From an uncultured delta proteobacterium (lineage in GTDB: Bacteria > Desulfobacterota > Syntrophia > Syntrophales > UBA2192): 64,000 bases of DNA. The DNA lies in NCBI GenBank assembly GCA_963705165.1, contig CAVPJD010000012.1, positions 1 to 64,000 of the forward strand. The letters run 5' to 3'. The position numbers were made by a program, and so were the translations under genes. Numbering within the stretch: position 1 is the stretch's first letter; every line of letters begins with the position of its first letter. The notes under the pieces were generated by a model. It was not told the DNA's origin, did no database searches, and saw only the letters and a program-made list of their open reading frames with translations. This document shows positions 46,916-57,334 of this stretch, in pieces.

Positions 46916-47146
46916 GTGGACGAGGCTGACACGCCCATATCCGCTGCGTCCGGCCCTCGCCGGAAGGCACCGTTTTTGCAGGATTTCCTGTTCCGGGTGC
47001 AGACACTGCGGACGTCCTGTTTTTCCTAGCAATAACAGTTACTTCCGTTTTCCCCATCCTGCCCCGCATCGCACCGGCGAGGCTGCAGCCGCCTGCCGGC
47101 TGTTTGTGAACTGCATCAACGTCAACCCTGGATCAGGACCGTGACC

Positions 47147-50100
47147 ATGAGAAAAGCCGCCGGACGAGAAACCGCCGGAAAAGAGAAAAGCCGCAAGACC
47201 GCGGAAACGAACAAGACCGCCGGAAAGCGATCTTCGACAAAGCCCGCACCGCACAAGACCTTCGACCCGGACGCGCTCCTCAACTCCATGGACGGGATGG
47301 TTTACGTGGCCTCCCCCGATTACCGGCTCGAGTACATGAACGAGGCGGCCATCAGGAAGATCGGGCGGGACATGACGGGCAAGCACTGCTTTAAGGTCTT
47401 TCACGGCCTCGAGGAGCGCTGTCCCTGGTGCATGGGCGGGCTCGTGCTGCAAGGACAGACCTTCCGGCAGGAAATCCTGGGCCAGCTGGACAAGCGCTGG
47501 TACTCCAGCGTCCTGACGCCCCTTCACCGCAAGGACGGCTCCGTTGCCATCCAGGCCCTCGTTTTCGACATAACGGACCAGAAAGAGGCCCAGGCGGCTC
47601 TCGTGCAGAACGAAGCCCTTCTGAGGAGCATTCACCAGGCCGCCCCGATGGGCATCGGGATCGTCGAAACCGCATGCTGGAATGGACCAACGAGCAGATC
47701 AGCCGCATGACGGGCTACACGGCGGAAGAGCTCCAGGGAAAGAGCGCCCGGATTCTCTACGCCAGCGACGAGGAGTTCGACCGCGTCGGCAGGCACAAGT
47801 ACGCCGATATCCACAGCAAGGGGACCGGAAGCATCGTCACGGTATGGCGCCGCAAGGGCGGGCGCCTGATCAACGTCTACCTGAACTCGACCCCCGTCGA
47901 CCCCGGAGACCTCTCGGCCGGCGTTGTCTTCACGGCACTGGACATCACGGAGAAGAAGAAGGCCCAGGACGAGCTCTGGAGGACCGAGGAGAAATACCGG
48001 GCCCTTTTCGATAACGCCGTCATGGGCATCTTCCAGAGCACGCCGGAGGGCCGGTTCATCACCGTCAACCCGGCGACGGCAACGATGTGCGGCTTCGACT
48101 CCCCCGAGGAGATGGTGGCCACCGTCACCGACATCGCCACCCAGCACTACGTCGATCCCGCGGAAAGGGATCTCTTCATCCGGGCCATCGAGGAGGAGGG
48201 CTTCGTCCGGAATTTCGAGCACCGGACCTACCGCAAGGACGGCAGCGTCTTCTGGGTCTCCGTCAACGCACGGGAGGTCAGGGACGGGCGAGGGAGAATC
48301 ACGCACTACGAGGGGACCCACGAAGACGTCCAGTGGCGCAAGGAGGCCGAGGAGGCCCTGCGGGCAAGCGAAGAGCGCTTCTCGAAGGCCTTCCGCTCCA
48401 ACCCCGCACCGGTTGCCATCACCACGATCGACGAGGGCCGTTTCATCGACGTCAACGCCCGGTTCCTCGAGGCCTTCGGCTACCGCCGTGACGAGATCAT
48501 CGGCAGGACATCAGCCGACCTCGCATTCTGGACCTCCGCGGAGAACCGGGACGAGGTGCTGAAAAAGCTCCGGGAGACGGGCTCGGTCAAGAATGTGCTG
48601 AACCAATACAAAACAAAATCAGGTCAGCTCCGGACAGGCCTCTGGTCCGGCGAAATCGTCCGGCTGGGGGACCGGGACGTGCTTCTCTCGATCCTTCTCG
48701 ACATCACGGAACGCAAGCAAGCCGAAGAAAAATACCAGAGCATCCTCGCCGACATCGAGGAGTTCTATTACGAGACCGACCTCCGGGGGAATCTGACGTT
48801 TTTCAACGACGCCGCCTGCAACATCATCGGCTATACCCGGGAGGAGCTGCAGTGGAAGAGCAACCGGGATTACACAACGCCGGAAACGGCTGAACGGATG
48901 TACCGCGTATTCAACAGCGTGTACCGAACGGGGGAAAAAAGGAAAATCAGCAGCTACGAGATCATCCGCAAGGACGGCTCCCGCCGGGTGCTGGAAATAT
49001 CGATCACACTGAAGCGGGATGAACGCGGAGACCCTGACGGTTTCCGCGGGCTGGGCCGCGACGTGACGGACCGGGTCAAGGCCGAGGAGGCCCTTCGGCT
49101 GAGCGAAGAGCGCTACCGCGCCATTTTCGAAAACTCGCTCGTGGGCATCTTCCAGTCTTCGCCGGAAGGCCGCTACATCCGTGTCAACCCGGCCTTTGCG
49201 AGGATCTACGGCTACGAATCGCCCGAGGCCGCGGTCTCTTCCGTGACCGACATCGGCACCCAGATCTTCGTCGACGCAGAAGACCGGAAACGCTGCCTCG
49301 CCATCCTGAAAAAAACCGGCATCCTGGAGCGGTTCGAGACCCGGACGCGACGCAAGGACGGCAGCATCATCTGGACTGCGATCAACTCCCGCATCGTCCG
49401 GGATGCCGAAGGCCGGACGCTGTTCATCGAGGGGATCGTCGAGAACATCACGGAGCAGATCGAGGCGCAGGAAAAGCTGAAGCGCAGCGAGGCCCTGCTG
49501 AAAAGCGTCCTGGAGGCTGCGCCCATCGGCATCGGGGTCGTTCACAGCCGCGTTTTAAGCTGGGTCAACGAGGGGCTTCTGTCGATGACGGGCCACAGCC
49601 TCGAGGAGCTCTCGGGGAAAAGCGCACGGGTCCTTTACACCGACGACGATGAGTATGAGCGGGTGGGCAGGGAAAAGTACGGACAGATCGCCACCGCAGG
49701 TAAGGGAGTCGTAGAGACCCGCTGGAAGGCAAGGGACGAAAGCCTCATCGACATCCTCCTCAGCTCGTCCCCCATCGATCCGGGGATCTCGGGGCCGGCG
49801 TTGTCTTCACGGCCATGGACATCTCCGGTCTGAAACGGGCCGATGCGGTGAGGAAGGAACTCGAGGGGCAGCTGCGCCAGGTACAGAAAATGGAGGCCAT
49901 CGGCACGCTGGCAGGCGGCATCGCCCACGACTTCAACAATATCCTTTTCACCATCGTCGGCTTCACCGATCTTTCCCTGCACGAGTTGAGCGACGGCGAG
50001 ACCCGATGGAACCTCACGCAGGTCCTGAATGCCTGCGACCGGGCAAAGAATCTCGTGAACCAGATCCTCGCCTTCAGCCGCCAGGAAGCGCCGGAGAGGC

Positions 50101-51038
50101 GGCCGGTGGACATCGTCCCTGTCGCAAAGGAGGCCCTGAAGTTCCTTCGCTCCACGATCCCGTCCACCATCGAGTTGAAGCAGCGCATCACGGGGGGCAG
50201 CCTGACCGTCCTGTCCGACCCCACGACGATTCACCAGGTGCTGATCAATCTCGGGACAAACGCCGCCCACGCCATGCGGACGACGGGGGGCGTCATGGAG
50301 GTGTGCCTCGAGAGCATGGAGATCCCCCGTGAAAGGGGCGGCAGCGTACCGGCGGATTTGAAACCGGGACCCTACATCCGGCTGACGGTTCGCGACACGG
50401 GGATAGGGATCGACCCGGCCATCATGAACCGCATCTTCGACCCGTTCTTCACGACCAAGCCCCAGGGAGAGGGGACGGGACTCGGCCTTTCCGTCGTCTA
50501 CGGGATCGTCAAATCCCATGGCGGCAGCATCGCCATCGAGAGCGAAGTGGGCCGCGGAAGCACCTTCCACGTCTATCTCCCCCGCACCCCGGAACAGGAG
50601 CGAGAGGACAACCGGAAAAAAGCCTCCGCCTCCGGCGGGTCGGAGCACATCCTTTTCGTCGACGACGAGGTGGTTCTCGTCGACATGGGCGAGCGGATGC
50701 TGAGCGTTCTGGGCTACCGGGTCACCGCCGTGGCGAACGGCCCGGAGGCACTGAAAATCTTCCGCGAAAACCCGGACGGCTTCGATCTCGTCATCACGGA
50801 CATGACCATGCCCGGAATGACGGGGGCCCAGCTCAGCCGGGAAATCCTGAAAATCAAACCCGGGTTTCCCATCATCCTGTGCACGGGATTCAGCGAACTC
50901 ATCTCGGAGGGAGAAGCCAAAGCGATGGGCATCCGGCGTTTCCTCATGAAACCGGTTTTTCTGGGCACGCTGGCCGGGGAGGTCCGAACCGTTCTTGACG
51001 CAAGCCGAAAAGAGGTGACGGCATGTCCCGTATCCTGA
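47147..51038 (+). CDS. Hybrid sensor histidine kinase (7 PAS, HisKA, HATPase, REC); frameshifts near 47668 and 49785
   Basis: Seven PAS/PAC units; GIAHDFNN, FDPFFTTK, GTGLGL and a REC domain. Adding one base to a homopolymer restores each junction. Confidence 0.92.
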
Positions 51039-51400
51039 TCGTGGACGATGATCCCCATGTGAGACAAATGCTCGAACGCGTCCTGCGGAAGGCAGACCAT
51101 GACGTGGAGACTGCGGAAAACGGACAAGAGGCCCTCCAGGTTCACAGGGAGAGACCCGCGGATCTGATCGTCACCGACATCATCATGCCGGAGAAGGAAG
51201 GCCTGGAGACGATCACCGAGCTCCGGAAATCCTTTCCCGCCGTCAAAATCATCGCCATCTCGGGAGGCGGACGCATCGGAGCGGCGCAGTACCTCAAGAT
51301 GGCGGAAATCCTCGGTGCGGACCGCACATTTTCCAAACCGTTCAACCCCTCCGAACTGATCACCGCCGTCGAGGAACTGCTGGCAGCCGGCGAAGAGTAA
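51023..51400 (+). CDS. Single-domain response regulator
   Basis: ILIVDDD, TDIIMP and KPF motifs. Confidence 0.93.
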   Translation: MSRILIVDDDPHVRQMLERVLRKADHDVETAENGQEALQVHRERPADLIVTDIIMPEKEGLETITELRKSFPAVKIIAISGGGRIGAAQYLKMAEILGADRTFSKPFNPSELITAVEELLAAGEE

Positions 51401-51454
51401 TCGGGAATTGGGTATTGGAAAATGGGGGAGATGGAAAAATAGACGCAAGGCAAA

Positions 51455-51620
51455 GATCTCAAACGTAGATCGCCACGCCTCAGAACATCCACCCTCACCC
51501 CAACCCTCTCCCCTCAAGGGAGAGGGAGATTATGGAAGGAATTTACTAGAGGTTCGGCTCGCGATGACCATCTTTGTAGTGTCTTCACTCAGACACTCAG
51601 GCACTTAAACACTCAGACAC
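51455..51620. repeat. Composite nested repeat (RPE-like element containing a REP hairpin, then CACTCAGA octamers)
   Basis: 51492-51620 is nearly identical to 58020-58147; the outer parts match the reverse complement of 10595-10643. Confidence 0.8.
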
Positions 51621-51680
51621 TCTCATTTCTTCACTAACCACAAGCCACTGACCACTTCTTCACTGCCGCGCAGCGGCCGA

Positions 51681-52745
51681 TCAGATCCACTTCTTCTTCC
51701 TGAAATACGAGAGCATCGTCAGCGCAATGACGATCACCACAACCCAGAGCATCAAGTAGCCGTATTGCCACTTGAGCTCCGGCATGTGTTCGAAGTTCAT
51801 CCCGTAGATGCCGGCCAGAAAGGTCAGGGGCATGAAAATCGTCGCAATGATCGTGAGCACCTTCATGACCTCGTTGAGGCGGTTGCTGATGCTGGAGAGA
51901 TAGATGTCGAACATCCCCGAGAGGATGTCCCGGTAGGTGTCCACCGTGTCCATGACCTGGATCGTGTGCTCGTAGATGTCGCGGAAGTAGATGGCCGAGG
52001 TCTTGTTGACGAGGGGGGACTCGGCCCTAGCGAGCAGGGAGATCACCTCGCGCAACGGCCAGATGGAGCGGCGCACCAGCAGGATCTCGTCGCGCAGCTG
52101 CTGGACGCCCTTCAGCGTCTCGCGCCTCGGGTTGGCCACAACCTCATCCTCCAGGCTGTCGATCTTCTCCCCCATTTTCTCCATCACGACAAAATAGTGA
52201 TCCACCACGGCATCCATGAGGGTGTAGACCAGGTAGTCCGTTCCCATCTTGCGGATCCGCCCGAGGCCGTTTCGAATCCGCTCACGGAGCGGCTTGAAGA
52301 TCCCGCTGTCGGACTCCTGGAAGGACAGGACGAAATCATCGTTGAACACGAGGCTCAGCTGCTCGATGCGGAGCTCCATCGCCTTCTCGTCAAAGGTGAT
52401 CAGCTTGATGATCAGGCAGATGTATTTGCCCAGGTCGTCGATTTTCGGACGCTGGGTCGTGTTCATGATGTCTTCCATCAGCAGCGGATGAATGTGGAAC
52501 TGACAGCCGATCTGCTCGATGACATGGGGTTCGTGGATCCCGACGACATCGATCCACGTGACGGTCGACTTGCCGCAATAGGGGGCCAGCTCTTCGACGG
52601 ATTGGATCTCCCGCTCCTCGAAATGTTCTTCCGCATAATCGACCACAGTGATCCGGATCTTTTCCGACCGCTCGGTCCCGATGTGGACGAGGCTTCCGGG
52701 CGGGAGGCCCGTCTTTCTGGAGCGCTTGATGTAACTCTTGCTCAT
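51681..52745 (-). CDS. corA: Magnesium/cobalt transporter CorA
   Basis: GLPPGSLVH, QRPK and YGMNFEHMPEL motifs. Confidence 0.96.
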   Translation of the reverse strand: MSKSYIKRSRKTGLPPGSLVHIGTERSEKIRITVVDYAEEHFEEREIQSVEELAPYCGKSTVTWIDVVGIHEPHVIEQIGCQFHIHPLLMEDIMNTTQRPKIDDLGKYICLIIKLITFDEKAMELRIEQLSLVFNDDFVLSFQESDSGIFKPLRERIRNGLGRIRKMGTDYLVYTLMDAVVDHYFVVMEKMGEKIDSLEDEVVANPRRETLKGVQQLRDEILLVRRSIWPLREVISLLARAESPLVNKTSAIYFRDIYEHTIQVMDTVDTYRDILSGMFDIYLSSISNRLNEVMKVLTIIATIFMPLTFLAGIYGMNFEHMPELKWQYGYLMLWVVVIVIALTMLSYFRKKKWI

Positions 52746-52976
52746 AGACTCACCCATGGCGAAAGGATTTCAAGCCCCTCGGCGGCCCCTGCGATCTTCG
52801 ACTTTGGGATACCGGGCACCATCTCGCCGAAGGAACAAGGCGGCGATGGCCATAGATAGGACCAAGGGCAGACAACTGTCAAGTGAAATCAGTGCCTTAC
52901 GGCACGGAGCAGAAAGGACTGCCTGTGACTCATTGGTATGGTTATTGCTTTATGCCTTGTGAGGAAAGTTGTTTTT

Positions 52977-53131
52977 AATGACCTGACCATCGGCATGGCG
53001 ATTCCGATGACTCGATCTCGAACGACGCTGCGATTTCTTTCTGATCCTGTAGTTGCTGACCGCGACCGACTGCGACGCTGAATGCTCATACTCGCTCTGT
53101 TCATCTCCTGAAAGTCGATGGTCAGGTCATT
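52977..53131. repeat. 155-bp segment bounded by a 16-bp perfect (17/18) inverted repeat
   Basis: aatgacctgaccatcg ... cgatggtcaggtcatt. Confidence 0.7.
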
Positions 53132-53181
53132 GTTCAGGCACGACATGGGGTGATGATCCCTGACGTGACGGGAAAATCGGA

Positions 53182-54027
53182 ATGGACAACAACCTCGAAA
53201 GCTTGATTGCCGAAGTGAAGTGGGATGTCCCGGAGTCGGATCTCGCGAGGCTGAAGGACATTTACGAGAAAATCATAGAGTCCCTCACGCTCGGCTTCGA
53301 CCCCGCCGTCCTGATCGTCCTCGACAACGAAGACGCCCACCAGTCTGACATCGAACAGCTCAAGTTCAAAATCAAGGAGAATATCGTTGCCCGCCTGATG
53401 GCCCGCGCAAACTCGGTCGTCATGTTCGGGAAGATCAAGTCCGGGGATGCAAGCAGTTTCTCGAAGGTCGTCCTGCGAATGGGCATGAAAACGGCGAAGA
53501 TCTACATCCTCGCACTGGCCCTTTTTCTGCTGGATCCCGCGCTGGAACCTCTGGCCGCAAAAAGTTTTTCCCGGGCCATTCTCGGCCGCATCCTGTCGGA
53601 GGAGCTGGGGTTTAAAAGCTCGGCCGTGGAACGGGTGGAAATAGGGGCGCTGCTCCAGGAGATCGGACGGATTCCCGCCATCCTCTACGAGATCAGGGAA
53701 TCGACTACTCTGGGCGAGGACTTTGCCTCGAAGTGGCACCCTCTGCTGGGCCTGGCCCTTCTCAGGAAGTACGAACTGCCCGACTACCTGGAGGAAACCC
53801 TCCTCCACAAACACTTCTCCTTACTGCACCGATCGCTTTCGCCCCTGGCGGTAATCGACCTTGCCGACCTCGTCGTCCGGCAGAGCTTCGCGAAACACGG
53901 AAAGCTCATTGTCGAATCCCCGCTGCCCGACGCCACGATCGATTCGACGCTCGGTTCCAACATTCTGGACCAGTTCAGCTCCATCGGCTACCGAAAGTAC
54001 GTCGAAGTCCGCCTGCCCCAGAAGTAG
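53182..54027 (+). CDS. HDOD domain protein
   Basis: ARLMARANS...VLRMG, ALLQEIGR and HPLLG...LP; the HD residues are degenerate. Confidence 0.8.
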   Translation: MDNNLESLIAEVKWDVPESDLARLKDIYEKIIESLTLGFDPAVLIVLDNEDAHQSDIEQLKFKIKENIVARLMARANSVVMFGKIKSGDASSFSKVVLRMGMKTAKIYILALALFLLDPALEPLAAKSFSRAILGRILSEELGFKSSAVERVEIGALLQEIGRIPAILYEIRESTTLGEDFASKWHPLLGLALLRKYELPDYLEETLLHKHFSLLHRSLSPLAVIDLADLVVRQSFAKHGKLIVESPLPDATIDSTLGSNILDQFSSIGYRKYVEVRLPQK

Positions 54028-54120
54028 TGACTGGTGATCAGTGATTGTGACTAGTGGTTTGTGAATGGAAACCGATTCTTTCATTTCACTAGCCACAAGC
54101 CACTAACCACTAGCCACCAT

Positions 54121-54918
54121 TCACTTGCAGATGTCCCCATAGAAGTCCGGCCTGCGGTCCCCGAAGAGGTTGTTGTGGGGGTTGAGTTGCTTGTCGAGCG
54201 CTTTTGCGGGGTCGATGTCAAACACGCCCACGCACTCCTCGTCTTCGCCGGCCCTCGACAGGATGTTCCCCGCTGTGTCCGTAATCTGGCTCTTCCCCGT
54301 GTAATGAAGGCTCTTGCCGCCCCGCTGCTCCGTCCCCGTTCGATTCGCCGTGACGGCAAAGACCCTGTTTTCCAGGCATCGCGTGACCATGGCCGTCTGG
54401 CAGTAAGGAAGAACGAGGTTGGCGGGGTGGCAGACGACCTGGGCCCCCTTCAGGGCGAGGGTCCGCATGGATTCCGGAAAAAACCAGTCGAAGCAGACCA
54501 TGATCCCTACCCTGCACGGCCCGATGTCGTAAACGGGAAATTCGCCGTCACCCGGGTCGAACCAAAGCTTCTCCTCGAAAAAGAGATGCACCTTGCGGTA
54601 GCTCGCCACGAAGCCGGACGGTGAGACAAGGACGGCGGCGTTGTATACCGCAGCCCCCTTGCGCTCGGCCATCCCCGCAACGAGATGGACATGGTTTCTT
54701 TTTGCGATGGCTGCGAGCCATTGCGTCGTTTTGCCCCCGGGCACTTCCTCAGCGAGGGCACCTATTTCCTCCTTCGAGGTGATCAGATAGCCCGTGTTGA
54801 AGAGCTCCGGCAGCACCAGCAGATCCGCCTTCGTCCCCTGGATCAGCGCCTCGGCCCGATCCAGATTTCTCTCCACCTGGCCAAATGCCGGGTTGAACTG
54901 CACGTAACCGATTTTCAT
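54121..54918 (-). CDS. Carbon-nitrogen hydrolase (nitrilase family)
   Basis: LPELFNTGY, YRKVHLF and VCFDWFFPE give the E-K-C triad. Confidence 0.93.
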   Translation of the reverse strand: MKIGYVQFNPAFGQVERNLDRAEALIQGTKADLLVLPELFNTGYLITSKEEIGALAEEVPGGKTTQWLAAIAKRNHVHLVAGMAERKGAAVYNAAVLVSPSGFVASYRKVHLFFEEKLWFDPGDGEFPVYDIGPCRVGIMVCFDWFFPESMRTLALKGAQVVCHPANLVLPYCQTAMVTRCLENRVFAVTANRTGTEQRGGKSLHYTGKSQITDTAGNILSRAGEDEECVGVFDIDPAKALDKQLNPHNNLFGDRRPDFYGDICK

Positions 54919-54941
54919 CACGACTGTCTCCTTAGCTTGAC

Positions 54942-55048
54942 CGGGGGCGCGTCCCGCAGGCCCCGCCTTACAGGCGGGGTGAGGGCGCGCAATCATGTTT
55001 GGTTCTCTCCTTGCCGGAAAGCCCCGCCCTGCGGGCGGGGAGCTTCAA
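54942..55048 (+). mobile_element. Non-autonomous IS200/IS605-like two-hairpin element, copy 2
   Basis: Preceded by TTGAC and ends in TTCAA; both stems are identical to copy 1. Confidence 0.75.
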
Positions 55049-55082
55049 TTTCCCTGCCGTTCACTGCACCCGAGATCGCATA

Positions 55083-57257
55083 CTATTTCGATTTCGCCTT
55101 GAGATTCTGTACCTGCGCCAAGTTCTTTTCCGCATCTTTGTTCGAGGGATCGATGCGAAGGGCCTCCTGAAATTGCCCCACGGCTTCATCCAATTTTCCT
55201 TTCCTGGCAAAAAGAACCCCGAGACTGTTGTGTGGCTTTGCAAAGCGGGGGTTGATCTTGATGGCCCTCTGCAAGTGCGTCTGGGCTTCGTCGAGTTGAC
55301 CTTTATGCATCAGCGCCACACCGAGGCTGTTCTGCACTTCCGCGTTTTCGGGATCCCGTTTCAGCGCCACACGGAAATGGCGGATAGCCTCATCGATCTC
55401 TCCCTTGTACGCCAGTGCGAGTCCAAGGCCGACATGGGCCCCCGGATTGTCCGGATCGATCCGCACGGCTCCCCTGAAATGAATGATGGCATTGTCCAGA
55501 TCGCCACGCTTGACAGCTTCCTGACCGAGGCGCATCTGCTCTCTCAGGGAACCCCCTTCCTCCCGTTCCGAAACGCGCCCCGCCGCGGCCGTTTTTTTCA
55601 TCGTTTCCTGCGCCAGCAGCATTGCGAGGTTCCGCCTCGCCGGTTCGAATTCAGGTTTCAGGCGCAGGATTTCCTGAAACTGTTCGATCGCCGCCTGTCG
55701 GTCGCCCGCCTGGATCAGGCAGACGGCCATGTTATTTCTCGCCATGATGGGGTCGGGCGCGTTCTTCACCGCTTTACGGTAATGAGCGATGGCCTCCGGG
55801 CACTTCGCCTGCCGGGCCAGCACGTTTGCCAGGTTGTAGTGGGTATCCCCGTCATCGGGTTTGATCCTCAATGCCTCGTTGTAATGACGGATCGCGTCAT
55901 CCACCCTTCCCTGGCCGGCAAGATAGGCGCCGAGATTGCAGTGAATGACGTAATTTTCCTTTGTCGTCTGAAGGGTGTGCTCGAAAAGTGTTTCACTGTT
56001 CAACCAGTATCCCGTCTGAGAAACCGTGCCCGCCGAGAGGCCTGCGAGAAGGAGCACAGCCGCCGATGCCAGCACGGCCTTGCGATGCGGCATCCTGGCG
56101 GACAGGTCGTCGACCAGCCAGGTCAGCAGGATGAACAGTCCGATGAAAGGAAGGTACGTATACCGGTCAGCCGTGGCTTGCACGCCGACCTGCACAAGAC
56201 CGATGACGGGGACCAGGGTCCCGAGGTACCAGAACCAGCCGACCATCAGCGCCGGCGTCTTTCGCCGCAATATAACCAGGGCGGTCACGGCAATGAGCAC
56301 AGCCGCAGAAACGAGGACCTTCCATGGCGCTATACTGCCCGGATAGGGATACAGCACGGCAAGATCTACAGGGACGAAACACCGGTAAAGATATTCTGTG
56401 TAGGCCACCATCGCGTTGAGAATGCGAAAGTCACGGGGAACGACCTCGAGCGCCTTCATGGCGCCTTGCTGGGCGATGATCGTCACCACGCACGATGCGG
56501 CCGATAGCGCAAAAAGAGGGATTTTCTCCAGGAATAGACCCCGGTTGGCTTTGATCAGCGAAATCATCCCCGCCCCCGCCGTGCTGTCTGCAGACGCATC
56601 GCCTCCCCGGAATTCGGAGCGGAAGCGTTCCAGGGGCCAGAAATCGAGAAGCAGAAAAACAAAAGGCAGCGTCACGACCATGGGCTTCGACAGAAGACCC
56701 AGTGCAAACAGCACGACGACGAGGAGATAGCCCCACGGGCTTTGCCTCCGGGTGTACCGCTCGTAGGCAAGGAGGGTGAGCAGGAAAAAGAAAGCGCTGA
56801 GGAGATCCTTCCTCTCTGCGATCCAGGCGACCGATTCCACGTGCAGAGGATGCAGGGCAAAAAGGGCTGCGACAAAACCGCTTTTCCACAGGGCCCCTGT
56901 CATGCGCTGCAGGATGACGAACAGGATCAGGGTGTTTAGAATATGAAAGAGGAGGTTGACCTGGTGATGTCTTCCCGCATCGAACCCGAACCACTGAACG
57001 TCGAGCATGTGAGAGAGCCAGGTGAGGGGATGCCAGTTACTCTGTTCGAAAGAACTGAAGGCCCATCGGATCCCCTCCAGACTCAGGCCTTTGCTGACGA
57101 TCGGATTCTCCGTGATGTACCGGTCATCGTCGTAGCGAACAAAATCGAATCCGCCGACCTGCCAGTAGACCATCGCCGTGAGGACAGCCAGAGACAAGCC
57201 GATCAGGATCTTCCATCGCAGTTCGGGATTCAGTGCTTCTCTGATCACGCGACCCAT
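55083..57257 (-). CDS. TMTC-like GT-C membrane protein with C-terminal TPR repeats
   Basis: YDDDRY, NWHPLTWLSH, HPLHVESVAWIAERKD, SKPM and ADRYTYLP, followed by about 8 TPRs. Confidence 0.88.
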   Translation of the reverse strand: MGRVIREALNPELRWKILIGLSLAVLTAMVYWQVGGFDFVRYDDDRYITENPIVSKGLSLEGIRWAFSSFEQSNWHPLTWLSHMLDVQWFGFDAGRHHQVNLLFHILNTLILFVILQRMTGALWKSGFVAALFALHPLHVESVAWIAERKDLLSAFFFLLTLLAYERYTRRQSPWGYLLVVVLFALGLLSKPMVVTLPFVFLLLDFWPLERFRSEFRGGDASADSTAGAGMISLIKANRGLFLEKIPLFALSAASCVVTIIAQQGAMKALEVVPRDFRILNAMVAYTEYLYRCFVPVDLAVLYPYPGSIAPWKVLVSAAVLIAVTALVILRRKTPALMVGWFWYLGTLVPVIGLVQVGVQATADRYTYLPFIGLFILLTWLVDDLSARMPHRKAVLASAAVLLLAGLSAGTVSQTGYWLNSETLFEHTLQTTKENYVIHCNLGAYLAGQGRVDDAIRHYNEALRIKPDDGDTHYNLANVLARQAKCPEAIAHYRKAVKNAPDPIMARNNMAVCLIQAGDRQAAIEQFQEILRLKPEFEPARRNLAMLLAQETMKKTAAAGRVSEREEGGSLREQMRLGQEAVKRGDLDNAIIHFRGAVRIDPDNPGAHVGLGLALAYKGEIDEAIRHFRVALKRDPENAEVQNSLGVALMHKGQLDEAQTHLQRAIKINPRFAKPHNSLGVLFARKGKLDEAVGQFQEALRIDPSNKDAEKNLAQVQNLKAKSK

Positions 57258-57334
57258 CGGATAAGACTTACCTGCCCTTCCATCAGCGCGATGAACGCCC
57301 GCTCGTCTCACGCAGCAATCCGTCGCGCTGTTCC

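Noticed and set aside
52889..53146. 85-aa minus-strand ORF across the inverted-repeat element
   Set aside because: Arg/Ser-rich, atypical composition and no recognisable motif.
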